The position numbers and the translations under genes were made by a program. Of a stretch of DNA of 64,000 bases, positions 38,621 through 51,130 are shown in pieces. Within the stretch, counting starts at the first letter, position 1; every line of letters starts with the position of its first letter. This stretch comes from Lama glama (lineage: Eukaryota). The stretch lies in contig CM052816.1 in the NCBI GenBank assembly GCA_028534125.1, forward strand, positions 37,698,001 through 37,762,000. The letters are read 5' to 3'. The notes under the pieces were generated by a model. That model was not told the DNA's origin. It did not search any database and worked only from the letters and a program-made list of their open reading frames with translations.

Positions 38621-39526
38621 TATACTATAGTATGGTGATAGTTCTTTACTTAGTTTATTTTCTGTCTTTAGGCACTATAAAAGTAATTTCTTGCTTCATC
38701 AGCGAAGATTTTTTCCTTTGTTAAATGATGCATCTCTAATTCCTAGAAAAGTACCTAGCAAATAAGAAGCATTCAATGCATATTTACACTTAAAATGAAA
38801 AAAAAAATTCATTCTCTTTTCTATTGTGAATCTTGGTGACCTTGGAGATAGTAGAAGGCTAAAGAGAGGTTGAGGCTGTGATAACTAGACTGGGGTTTCA
38901 CCTATTAGCATTTCAATGCCAAATTTCAGACCTGCTCTACGTTTGGGGTAAAGAGGTTCTTTAGTGAACCTTCAATGAAAGAGCTTATAAATAAGGTTTC
39001 ATAATTATTGCTAATAAATACTAGAAGGAATAAAGACAAGGAAGTTTCAGAATTATGTATATAAATTCTATTTCTATGAATACCATCATAATGAGTTTTT
39101 CCATTATACTTAAAATATTTCAGCTCTGATGACTGAACAACATAGGGTGAACAATTCCAAAGCACTGACACTCAAATATAGTATGAAACCTGAAATTCAC
39201 TGCAACCAGTGTTGATCTGTGACACAAATTCTATTTCTTCTGAATGTGCTTTAGCACCTACCTACTTAACTTTCTGGTAGATTAAAAAAATACATGGAAC
39301 CATTGGATGCATAGAACATTTTCAGTTAAACGTTTCCCTCTTCTGCCAACTTCTTATGCTCAAATTTATAGCAGTTTGATATATCTGTATATCTATGTGC
39401 ACATATATGTGTGTATTTTCCTTAAGGATAATGAACTATTGCATAATACTGCTTCTGTCAGGCTTTCCTCAACATTACCACTTCAAGGAATCTTTAAGAA
39501 AGATGCCCAATCCTGAAATAAAAACA

Positions 39527-39567
39527 CTCTCTCTTTCCCTCTCTCTCTCTCTCTATATATATATATA
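39527..39567. repeat. Compound (CT)n(AT)n microsatellite
   Basis: Read directly from the sequence. Confidence 0.85.
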
Positions 39568-41564
39568 CACAATTTTGGCATGTGACAATAATAAACAGGA
39601 ACTTGTTTATCTTCGATTCATATAATGAGTATAGGGCCATGTGATTTTATTACTATGATTATTGAGATACTATTCACCGCTACTCAAAATATTCTTTAAA
39701 AATGACCTTCTACTTAATTTGTTTTTAATGAATGCTCACATGCTTGTCTTCCCTGTAAAACTGGCTAAATTGGTATATATTGCTCCTTTAAATTGTCCAG
39801 GCTTTTAAAAGCTCCTTAGATATGACAAATCAACATTAATCTGTACTTGATTCTTTACGTGTATCTGTGATTCCTTTTTTTCATGCCCTGTCTCAAAAGC
39901 GTTTTTCTTCAACTTGTAATACATGCCATGGGAAGAGACCTGGAAATGAAGATAAGTATTTTGAACTTCTGTGTGGATCAGCCACATTTCTGTTAGTCTC
40001 CACAATTTTGACTTGCTGGTAGAATGAAGAACTGATATGCCAGAAGGTACTACACATAAACCTGCTGTAGTTAGCTGAAAATGCATTCTTTGAAGGCACG
40101 CTGAGATTCAGTTGGCTACAGTGTAATAGAGGAAAAAAGGAAGATTCATTCACACATAAAAAAGCAGTGACTTGAAAACCAAGACAGCTTTGATTCTCTT
40201 TCTGGTTTTCCCACGACTTCTTCATTCTCTCTGTTAACTCTGGAACCGTGCTTTAACATCTCAGTGAAATCAGGAGATTAGACTGTCAGAGATTTTAAAC
40301 TGGCAAACTCTGTTTTGGTTTTGCTTAGTACAAAATTAAGTGTTGTCCTTAAAATAGTCTGGATATATAGTTTTTTTTTTGTGAAAAAAAACATCCGCAG
40401 GTGGAGAGAGTCTCAGTTTCTATTCCTGCCACACGTGATGACTGTGTTTGCTCTCGGAGGGCCACCCTCTCCAGGTGCCACAGTTCTGGTTCTCCTGAGA
40501 GAAGTACAGGGCCCACTTCACTCATCTTGTTACGTCCTAGCCTCTATATATCTGTGTTTGCAACACATAGACAAAATGATCTCGTTAGTCCCTTTCTGAT
40601 GTAATTGTTATGATGTTACGATGATTTTGATTTTTGTTTTGTTTTGGTAATCCTGCAGTGACCTCCTACTTTAGCAAATCACAGCTGACATATATCATTC
40701 CACAGGCTGACACCTTCGTAGTCGCTCCTAGGTATCTCCTTAAACAGAAGGAAATATGTTCAGAGGGTTTGAATACATTTTATTGGGACTTGGTAATGAA
40801 CATGTTCTTAATTAATGGATCGATACAAGTGCCAGTGGGGCCAAAGGGTGAAGGGGAAAGTAATATTTATCCCAAACAGTATCTGAATGTAGAAAACAAG
40901 TTGACGGGAACATTTGACCAGCAAGGGCAGGAGGCCTTCTGCTGGGATGAAGGTTTCAGCTCTTCAGCTGAGTGCCTCAAGCTAGCCTGATGTCTGGCAG
41001 GAATACTAAGTCATAGGGTTAAACTGTTATGTGTTGCTTGATTGAAAATTTTGTGTAATGTTAGCTTTTAGAATAATAATAAAAATTGTAATTTGGCCTC
41101 TGAGATTTATGCAAAATTCCTGACACTTTCCTTTTAGTTTGTGAAGAGGTAGGGGTTAAGGTTATCTAATTCAATATTTGATATGTTTTTAGGGTTATGT
41201 TAATGAGGAAATCACAGAGATGAGAAAAAGAGGAACTAGAATAGTGCTTTGTTATTTTGAAATAGCCTTTCTCCCTTCAGTTAATGCATATATTCAACTT
41301 GTGAGGCAGAAAAAGTGGTAATCCCCTTTCAAAGGAAGAAGCCATGGCACAAAGTGTTACTTTGGTTACAAATATAAACGTTTTTCCCAAATGCTTAAAA
41401 GTATATTACTAATGGTGTCCACCATCCATTGTCCACACAGCTTCCAGACTATTTTAAAAGCTTAATTCAGAATTCAGATTATTATCACTTCCCTGAACAA
41501 AATTTTATTCTCAACGCATTTAGAATAAAATCTAAAGCTCCGCATCATGAGGTAAAAGCCTGTT

Positions 41565-41770
41565 GGTGTTGCTCAGCAGGGAAAGCTGTGATGGTGATTC
41601 CATTGCCATTTTGATAGAACGGTTCTGCATTGTGAGGGTGGTCGCTTGTACTGCATAGTGGTTAGCATCTCAAGCCCCTGGGCACTAAATGCCCACAGAC
41701 CTTCACCCCCATAAATTTTCAATGTCACTGAAGTAGGTGGTACTGCACACCCTCGTTATAAACTCCTGGA
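41565..41770. mobile_element. hAT (MER20/MER3-like) remnant inside an L2 fragment (about 41400-42150)
   Basis: gttagcatctcaagcccctgggcactaaatgcc motif, with L2-like sequence on both sides. Confidence 0.45.
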
Positions 41771-44700
41771 GGTGGGGGGTAGTGGGGACTAACCCCTGTC
41801 AGTCTCCCTGACTGCATCTCCTGTACTCTTTGCCTTGCTTTCTGACTTCAGGTTTTTTGTTGTTTCATTCCTCAAATACACCAAAGTGTTTTGTAGGATG
41901 AGGGTCTGCATTGCTTTGGACATGGCAAGCTCATTTTTATCCTCTCAGCCTAAGCTAAAATTCCTTTTTTTCAGAGTAGTCTTCGCTGATCATCTTTTCC
42001 AAGCTTACTCAGCTCACCCGTGGGCCTTTCTGTAACATCACTTGTATTTCTTCTACTGTTTTTAACACAATCAAAAGCTCATGTCTATTTATTTGTTGAC
42101 ATGCTCCCTGCATTAGCTCAAGCGCAGCATCCGAGCAAGAACCTTTTTCTTTTCATATTGTATCCCCTGGAATGCAATGAGTTCTTTCACTCCTCCTCTT
42201 CCTTTTTTCTCTTTCCTTTTCTCTCTCTCTCCACATACACACACACACAGACACAAACACACAACTCTTTATTTTCAATTTTTTCAAATTTATATTTGAA
42301 ACAAAAACCAGTGTCATCAGTGCAGAAGAATTTTCTGACCACCCAACCTCCATTTTAAATGGTGTACGCAAATAGTTTATAAAGAAATAGGTGCTTAAAA
42401 TTTAAATGCAGGTGAGACTTATAGTATACTAGAGCAGCGACTTGGGTATTAGTTGTGAAGATACCTGGCTCCCTTTTGTGTAAATAAGGCTCACTCAAGT
42501 CTGGTGAGACTTGTGAGGGCATACTATTAGACAAAATACAGTTTTCATGCACTTTCTTTGAATAATTATGGCTACAATGACAGAGGCCAGTACACTTACT
42601 TCAGTGCCAGGCCTCTATGTGACAGGGATGCAGATTAAATCCTTCTACGCTAACACATCCAGTTTGTCCCGCTGTGATGACCTTGCTCCCTCCCACAGGA
42701 GTTTAGAAATTTCAAGAAGTAACTTCTCAGCCATGTGACGATTGTACATATTAAGGATGAGCTATATGTTGGTGCCTTAAAAATACAGTGATACCAGTAA
42801 CTGTGAGTGACTGCTTGGGGGGGATCTTGTGAAGGTATAGACATGAACTTACCCAGCTCACACTTTTCTCTAGTTCTGGCAGTTTATTCTCCTGCTTTCT
42901 TGCTAACCTTTGAGGTAGGCCGAAAATCCTTGAGATCTTTAAGAGCTTTTGGTCCATAAATTATTTCTGCTTTTCTAACATAGAGCCTAGAGGAGAAGCA
43001 GAAAATAGTTTCCCCAAAACCTCATTACCACTAATGTAAATTTTAGATTTTTAACAGCAACATTTATCTCAGTTATTAAGAATTATGTTCTTAAAATGGT
43101 TGTATTTTCATGTAGTTTCACCAACCCATGATTCTCTATTTTAACACACCTTGCCCTTGGTTAACATTTTAAAATTTTGACAGGGCTGTGCAGTTCATAA
43201 AGCATTTCCAAATATATTGCCCCATTTCACTCTCACAACTCTAAGTGCTGCCATTCTTAAGTGCATTTTCCCCAGAATTCTTTTAGGGCAGGATCAGCAT
43301 CAGAGCAGTAGCTACTTCTTTGACCTCAAGTTCTTCTTGCTTCAACTCACCATAACAGATGATTCTTTAAATAAAGCTGTATCTAAATATTTAATCCAAA
43401 CCTAATATTGCCAAAATCTTTTAGTTTTCATAATAGATGAAATAAAATGGGTAATAAGTAAGGGTAATCATTTGCCTGGGATGTTCCTGTTTTCCCAGAG
43501 ATCTGACTGGTATATTATCTGACCCACCCTCTTTCATTTTCCAGTGTATCCTGGCTTGGACCATATATTCTCTGGCACCTAATATTAAATAGTGGAAAAC
43601 CTGCTGAGAGAAAAAGAGGGCATTTGTAGAAAACAAATGATATAAGGTGCAGTACAAGTAAGCCAGAGAAGAAATGAAGATCATTTACAGATTTTGTCTG
43701 AGAAAGTTCAAGCTAAACCATACTTAGAAAGCCCCCGTTTACAGGACTAGTGTACGGCTGGCAGATAATCCATTCAGGTGGTGATCAGAGCGGCACTCTA
43801 GGTCAATGTTTGCTCAAGGCTGTATTGCTTGCGATCAACGTATTAGACAACTTACTCCCTACAACTCCAATCCTCTTCTCTCAGTCTTTTGTTAACAAAC
43901 AAACCTGCCTGTCAGAAAATTGAAGTCAAAACCATCAGGATGAGGCAAAGGGGATTTTACCACTGCTTGCAACTTGAGTAAGAATTCCAAAGACTGGGCT
44001 GGACTCCAGAAATCTGTTGTAGGATAATCACAGAATGGGCTGTCAGATCATCTTTGTTCTCTGCCCCTAAAGCAGAACTGATGGTAGGGCTTTTGCAGTT
44101 GCTTTTCGAGGGTATAAAGAAGACATGGGATAGGAAGAGGTAGAGACCATATGGAGATTCCCTTCCATTGTACAAGGAGCCTAGGGGTGCCCATTCTTTA
44201 TTCAGGGCATTCACACGACTGCTAAGAATTAAGTGACAGTATTCCAACCGTCACACCCGACCCCTGCCTCGGTTCACTGAAGTGAACCAAAGGGGGCATA
44301 CTCCACACTGTCATGTAGTCCTTTGCCAGAAGATGTAAGTGAGCAAATTAAAATGGACAACTTTCAGTGACTTCAGAAGCTGAGGAAATGATGTAAAATA
44401 AAATAGTCCACTGATACTGAAGACCTGAGGATGGCAAAAGCCACACTGTGGTTGAAAGAAATGCTTATGAACCAATATCACAGCAGCTTGAGGCTTTATA
44501 GCTTCTATCAAATATGCTGTGTATATAAAAGCAAAGCTCAGGGTAAGTCCTGGATAAAATTAGAATGCAGGTGAAATTGTCACTCCTTTGTACTCTGTTT
44601 TCCTTCCAGGATCTACTTGTCTCCTCTCTTTCCTTCATATAGTCCCTGCCTTTTTCCTGGGATGAGTTCAGAGCCCTTAACTCATACCCCCCACCATTGA

Positions 44701-45935
44701 CACTGCATCTAATCGCCATCAGGACTGCTTCCCAAGAACAGCACACTCTGAATCTAATACATTGGAGAGCAGTGAGGGAACATTCAAAAAAACACAATAC
44801 CATGTTTTTAGAGCACACTACATTCCTGATTGTTTCATGTCAGTTACATTATTTTTTCTCAAAACAACCGTGTTTAAGTATCATTGTTCCCAATTTATAG
44901 ATTATTTAGATTTATAGCTATTCTCAGAGAGGTTTTTAATAATTTATAAAGGTCATACAGTATTTGACTCAGCACCATCATTTAAGTTTATCTTTCCCCT
45001 TCTCTTCATCAAAACAAGTTTATCGTATCTCTAGCCTTTTTTATTTTTATGACTGGTAAAAGATAAATCTAAAATTATAATTTATTTTAAATTAGGAGTA
45101 TGTTTCACTTAATTTGCTCTACATATTGTAATAGTTAAGTCTTGAAGAAAAAAAATGCCCTTAAAGAAAATAAAATTCAATAAAGTTTATTCATCATATC
45201 AAAATAATAGGAGACATTTTTGAAGGTAGGAAGAATTGAGGTTTCCAAAAATCCCTTGATGTTTTAAGTGCATTTTGACTACCTTAAGTGCATTTTGACT
45301 GAGTGAAGTTTTTAAAAGCTATTGATACATTATGGAATTTATTGTCCAAAAGAATTAAAAGGGGAAAGTTCCGCCTGATTCTAAACTATTTTAAAAGACT
45401 GAAAATATTCAAGTTAAATTCATTTCTATAAAGTAATAAACTCTCACAAAAAGAACAGGTACTATTAATTCTTTTGTATGTGACAGTGAACTAGTGCACC
45501 ACAAAGTAATTTTGTTTTGCACCTATTATTTTAAAAGGCAAAACTTCAAAGAGTCTTTACCATGAAATGCTTTACACCTTGTCTCAGTGTCTGAGCACTG
45601 AGAAAAGGACGACTCCCACTGGAGAAGACGTTTTTGCTGTACTTCTTTCTTTAATGCTGTCACAGATGATCAGAGATAATAAAAAAAGTATTTACCACAT
45701 TATATGCTCTCCATTATGATAGAACTTTTCTATTTGAAAAGTATTGAACATCTGTGAGTTTAACCACAGTCCAGAAACTGTACTTTTCAAAGCCATCTTT
45801 GTTACCTGGTTGGAAAGGGTATATTCCTTGTCGTCGACTTTTTAGGTAACACTTGCACACAGTCTTTGAATTTTACTCCAAGAATTGATTTTTTTATACC
45901 AAACCATTTATATCTCTGAGATAACACTGAGAGAG

Positions 45936-45938
<3 letters not shown>

Positions 45939-45992
<54 letters not shown>
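45939..45992. repeat. (AT)27 microsatellite
   Basis: Read directly from the sequence. Confidence 0.95.
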
Positions 45993-45994
<2 letters not shown>

Positions 45995-46584
45995 CCCAAA
46001 GCAAAGCTAATAAATGTGAAATCCTCTCTCCACACTCAAGATATCAAGGTAAGGAGGATACGTTTGAAAAACTGCTCTAATACATCAGAAAATATAAAAA
46101 TCAATAAGCTATAAAAGCTAAAAAGCTTCTTCAATTTTGTCCCCTTATTGCTCAGTGTAGGTGGCCAGGTCCCGGAGAACAATCCAAGGTTGCCAGAAAG
46201 CCATTATACATCTAGTTGTGTATTTCAGACAATACGTGAAGCTCCGCCAGGAAGGGACAAGTATGTATCTGCCAGAGAACAGGGAGGTCTGAATGGCCCC
46301 TGAGCTCCTGTTTGTTTGATTGAGAGCTGGAAAGTGTGCTTGAGAAATCAGGCAGTAGAGACGGCGTTTTCCTGTCACTTTTGTGTGAAAATGAAGCAGG
46401 TCCAAACAGCATTTTCCTCTTCCTTTTCTTCCTCTGCTATTTTTCAGGCACAGGACATGCAGAGTGCTGTATGTCAGGGACGTTATTACCAGACTAGGAA
46501 GGCAACAAAATGCAGCACCTCCTGCTGAACGAAGCCCGTGCTCCAATCATATAGGGCATGAATATTAATTCTTGCCTGAAAAAT

Positions 46585-47007
46585 TCTTTTTTTTTATTTT
46601 TAAATTTTGTAACTCTTTAAATTAAAAAAAAATTTGTACAATTTTTTAAATGTTCCTTTCCATTTATAGTTATTACAAAATACTGACAGATAATTGCTTA
46701 TTTTCCCTCTGTGGTACAATACGTATTTGACCCTGTCTTACACCCAAGAGTTTGGACCTTCCACACACCTGGTAACCCTGATGTTGCCCCCACCCCCACC
46801 GCCACTGGGAACCACTAGTTTGTTCTCTAGATCTGTGACTCTGCTGCTTTTTTGGTTACATTCACTAGTTCGTTATATGTTTTAGATTCCACGTATGAGT
46901 GAGACATACAGTATTTGTCTTTCTCTGATCTATTTCTCTTAGCATAATACCCTCCAAGTCCATCCGTATTGCTGCAAATGGCAGAATTTTGTTCGTTCTC
47001 ATGGTTG
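46585..47007 (-). mobile_element. 5'-truncated L1 3' end
   Basis: T-rich tail, then ...ttagattccacgtatgagtgagacatacagtatttgtctttctctg...cttagcataataccctccaagtccatcc. Confidence 0.85.
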
Positions 47008-47578
47008 ACACTTTTTAACTGGTACTTTTCCTAGAACATGTATGAGGTATGCAGGTGTCACTAGAAACAGTCAGTGAGGGAGGGACATGGCTAAACAAAG
47101 TCGTTTGAGGCCACAGGTCTCTAAATTTGTTTTCATCATGCATCACTATTCCTACAGTATTTTCGAGTAAATATCATCAATGTCTATTTTTAAATAAATG
47201 CATATGATATACTAATATATGATGTACGTTTAACATAAATGTTAACAAATGTAAATGTAAAGGATTAGATAAAACATGAATACACATAAAAGTTCTCCTG
47301 TCACCGTAAATCACCTTGAATACTGCCCAGGATGTTAAAAACACACGTTACAATGCTTTTCAATATTCTGGTCTGCTGCAAGGCTACAGCCTTTTGACAC
47401 TAAAGTGCTACAAGTCCATCTCCTCCCTGCCTTTTTTTCCCCTTAAATGGGACTGAAGTACAGTGTATAATTAAGTACAGTGTAAGGTCCTTGACATTCA
47501 AGAGAAATCATTTTTATGCCTTTTTTTTTCACAAGGTCTTTACAAAATCTTAAATTTTTAAATATAATCCCAGCATTT

Positions 47579-48141
47579 TGGTAGAATATTGTCAATTAAC
47601 TCTCAGCATTCATTCCCATCTCTTCCTGGTGTGCTTTCCTGTACTACAGGGGTTGGAGATCTATATTCCCTGAAGTCCTTTTCAGCTCAGGTTCTGAATA
47701 CAAATGAGGTTTCAACGATTAGGTGGCCTCCACCAGAATCAAAGCAAATAGAAGAGGCGGATGCTGTCGCACTGATTTGGGTTACCTCCTAGCAATGTGA
47801 CTGTGGACACGTGAAATTTTTTCTGCAAGTGCCCTCCAGTCATGTGCTTCTTGGGTTGTGAGAGACAGTGGCTGTGCACATGGGGCCGCTCCCTGGATAG
47901 CCGCTATAGTGGTGTCTTCTTGAACCAAATTGTTCTAGTGGTGGTTTCTTGCTTCCCTGCCTCTCTGACAGTGATGGAATCAGCAGCTTCCTTAGTGGCT
48001 CTGTTCTGGGGCTCCTGGGGACTAACATAAAGTTCACTCTTTCTGTCCTTCTAATGTGTGTACATACGAGTAATTCACTCTATTACATTACTTTCTGCTT
48101 AAAATGTTTGGTATAATTTCCATTTCTTGAACTCAAACCTG
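47579..48141 (+). mobile_element. Old ERVL LTR (LTR33/LTR41-like)
   Basis: cagcattcattcccatctcttcctggtgtgctttcctgtactacaggggttggag...ctttctgcttaaaat...tttcttgaactcaaacctg. Confidence 0.55.
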
Positions 48142-50939
48142 CCCCCCCCCCAAAAATGCATAAAATATGCACATGACAAGTCGAGAAGCACAAAGCAGCC
48201 CTGAGATGGTTTTCCAGGTAGACCATCAACTTCTTTGTCAATAAAAGCCTTAATTTAGGAGTGATTTAAATTAGTACTTTAGCAAAATTACTGATTACTA
48301 TTTGTCATGCAACTTGAAGGTTGATTATGAATATTTGAAATTTGATGCTAAATGCCTAAATACCAAGCGACTACTATACTTGTAGATTTAAATTTGAAAG
48401 CCCACACAATCTCAATGAGGGAAACACAACGTAATCACAGGAGCACTAAGCCAAAGATGCTCATATAAAACTTTCAGTTGCTATTTTACCATGTTAAGTT
48501 ATACACCAAAACATAATTCTGTTTAATAGTGGAAGAGCCACTTGGCCTGAAAATACATGACGATGCACGGAAATCATGTGCGAAGGTCATCTCCCACCAA
48601 AGCTTCCTGATTTCCATTTCTTTTCATTTTCAGCCAAGCACTCTAATCTTCACTGTGAAAAACAGTCATGTATATCGTTGTAGACTAAATTCACAAGCAG
48701 AGGTTTCAGTATCATCTGGAAGTACTCAACATTTGATTTGATAAGTCGGTAACAGTTTTTAAGGAATATTTGTAAAACAAATGTAGAACTCATTGAATGG
48801 TAGACGCTGTATAGTTAAATTTATCTAATTTATATAACCGAAAAGCCAAATCAATTTTCCTCTTATTTAGCATGAAAATAAAATGTTTCCATTTTTATTA
48901 CATTTAAATATGCGTGTTTATGCCAAAGTTAAAGAAAGATATTTAGAGGCTTAAACAAACAATAATTCTACAGACATTTTATGTAATATATACAGTAGAT
49001 GTTAGAAAAACTCTAAAAGTTTATAAAGTATTTTGCACAGCAATGAGAGACTCAGATATTCCCCTTGAAGTTATGTATATTTCTGCTACCTCCAATTACT
49101 AGAAAGACAGAAAGGTGGAAAATAAATGTGCAGTAATCTCTTATGGTTAAAAGTATCTGAGATCAATTTATCATTACCAAATCAATAATATTACCTTTGT
49201 TTAATGAACACAAAGGGTATTAAAAGGATAATTAGTATAAACTTTTATTTCAATAAATGGAAGATTTAGAAGTACATTCATTATACAACCTGATGTATTT
49301 ATAAATGTAAATACAGGTGGTGATTTCTGTTAGTTTGTGTATCTACTAAAGTGTCTTCTTAGATTGTCACTCTCTTTGTAATTCAGATGTTACATATTAT
49401 CTGGGACTTGCCCGGCCAGCCTTCTGCATTACTCTTTAGAGGCTAATATTAATATAATTATTAAATACACAAAACACACATCTCATGCACACTCACAAAG
49501 TTCTATCATCAAAATACTTGAAAAGTAAGGCCAAGCTTCACTAAGTTATTTATATGACATAATTTACAAATTAAGCTAGAGAGTATATTACACTGATTTC
49601 AACAGATGTAATTAACTCTTCTTTAAATATTTCATTCTTTTCCTAAAAGTTCCATTCCTTTCAGAATCTCCTACATCTTTTTTCCCAACACCTTCTCTCT
49701 AGCTCCTGATTTACTGCACCTTTTGCTCACATTTCTTAACCTTCCTCAGGGTTTGTTCTCATCTATCTCCACTTGCACAGTTTAGCCTCTCCGGACTTCT
49801 CCAGGTCCCCAGTTCTTCTTCCACATCCCTCGACATAGCCTCAAAAATCCAAGTCACCTCACTCCTTAGAAGGCAGAATAGAGAGGTGACTGCAAATACT
49901 AATGGCTTCCAGTGTTTTCCTTGTCACATAGTGGCTGCTCGATGATCTTACAGAATTGATCGGTTTTGTTAAAGGTAATTCTCATAGTTTACCATTATTT
50001 AATTCATTGGAGAGGAGACAAAATGAGTGGTTAAAGTTAGTGTGTAATGTTTACAGCCATTAAATAGCTTCATTTTTGAAATAGGTATTTCCTCCTGGGC
50101 ACGAATTAGCATTATGCACTTGCCACTGTATGAGTATCTGCTAGCACTGGGTCTGATTTGGGATAAAGCAAGCTATGAGGAAAAACAGTCAAATGCTTGG
50201 ATAAGTACAGAATTAATCTTAAGTGCTATACTTTTAAATTTATCAAAGGGAAAAATAGTGGAAGAGGTGGAGCTAGTATGAATGAGTAAAGTTACTTTTT
50301 AAAATTGATGAGGTACATGTAATCAGTAGCAAGGTGTAAACTTTGAGGAAAAATAAAACAAAAACATTAAGCAGACGTCACTTCCCTGAGGTTGCAGAAT
50401 ACTGTTGTTACATCTCCTCTGCTGTTCTTCCTTTAAGGTTATCAGTGATACCTTCACTGCACTTTGCCTTTTTGAAAATGAATAAATGGCAGCGAGAGGG
50501 TGAAATGAACAGTAAAACTGTTGCCAGAATCTGAATCCTTAGTACAAATACAGTAGCTACTGGTTCACTAAATTTTAAACTCAAAAATAAATTTACACCG
50601 TAACACAAATGTTTAAGCAAATACTGATTACCAAAGTTTGCTAACAAACTCAGAAAAAGATACTATTTGGACCAGGACTTAAAGAAGTTAAAAATATGGG
50701 TAAATTCTAAAAACACCTCCACCCAATTCTATACGTGCTTTTAAAGTTGCGATTCTCCTTAAACTCTAACTAGCAACTCATTCTTTCCCCTTTTATCATC
50801 TAGAAGAAAATATTATTTAATGGCGTAGCATTAAACAGTGATAAATTAAATACCTCCTACACTCTCACACTAAGTTTTTGAACCCTGCTTTTTATCCAGG
50901 CCTCTCAAGGAAGATACAGGGTTTTTCCTTAGTCACTGC

Positions 50940-51130
50940 AGGACCATGGGAGAGACCAGAATGGCTTTAGATCCAGTTCTACCATGTAATAAATGGCTTT
51001 AAGCAAACTGCTTCTGTGAACATACAATTTTTACTCAAAACATCATAATGATAATGTCTTTCTTATAGAGAATTGAGGGGTATTAAAAGAGATACATGAA
51101 AATTGTGCCCAGTAGTATCAAATATAGAAT
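50940..51130 (+). mobile_element. MIR fragment
   Basis: atccagttctaccatgtaataaatggctttaagcaa...tcttatagagaattgaggggtattaaaagagat. Confidence 0.5.

Larger units (their letters stand above)
35290..38790 (-). mobile_element. Fragmented L2 hosting the MLT1E, Tigger2 and L1 insertions
   Basis: Pyrimidine-rich L2-like sequence at 35290-35990, 36530-36945 and 38622-38790, the last being the 3' end (cctagcaaataagaagcattcaatgcatattt). Confidence 0.55.
30866..44247 (-). pseudogene. Disabled multi-exon gene B, tentatively CCDC162/C6orf183-like (DUF4549 family)
   Basis: Exon-like blocks: 44247-43961, 42986-42853, 40074-40017 (GC donor), 39939-39859, 39170-~39100, ~33750-33567, 32845-32612, ~32350-32308, ~32217-31983, 31873-~31725 and 31051-30866. 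The first four junctions (phases 2, 0, 1, 1, with one frameshift inside 42986-42853) and the 31983/31873 junction (phase 0) are phase-compatible. Stops, frameshifts and mutated donors are present. Family resemblance is from memory only. Confidence 0.6.

Noticed and set aside
46145..46546. 133-aa minus-strand ORF, or an RFX-type promoter for gene B
   Set aside because: TTG start, no domain and no convincing splice pair. Only RFX half-sites (gttgcc, ggcaac) are visible, not a full X-box.
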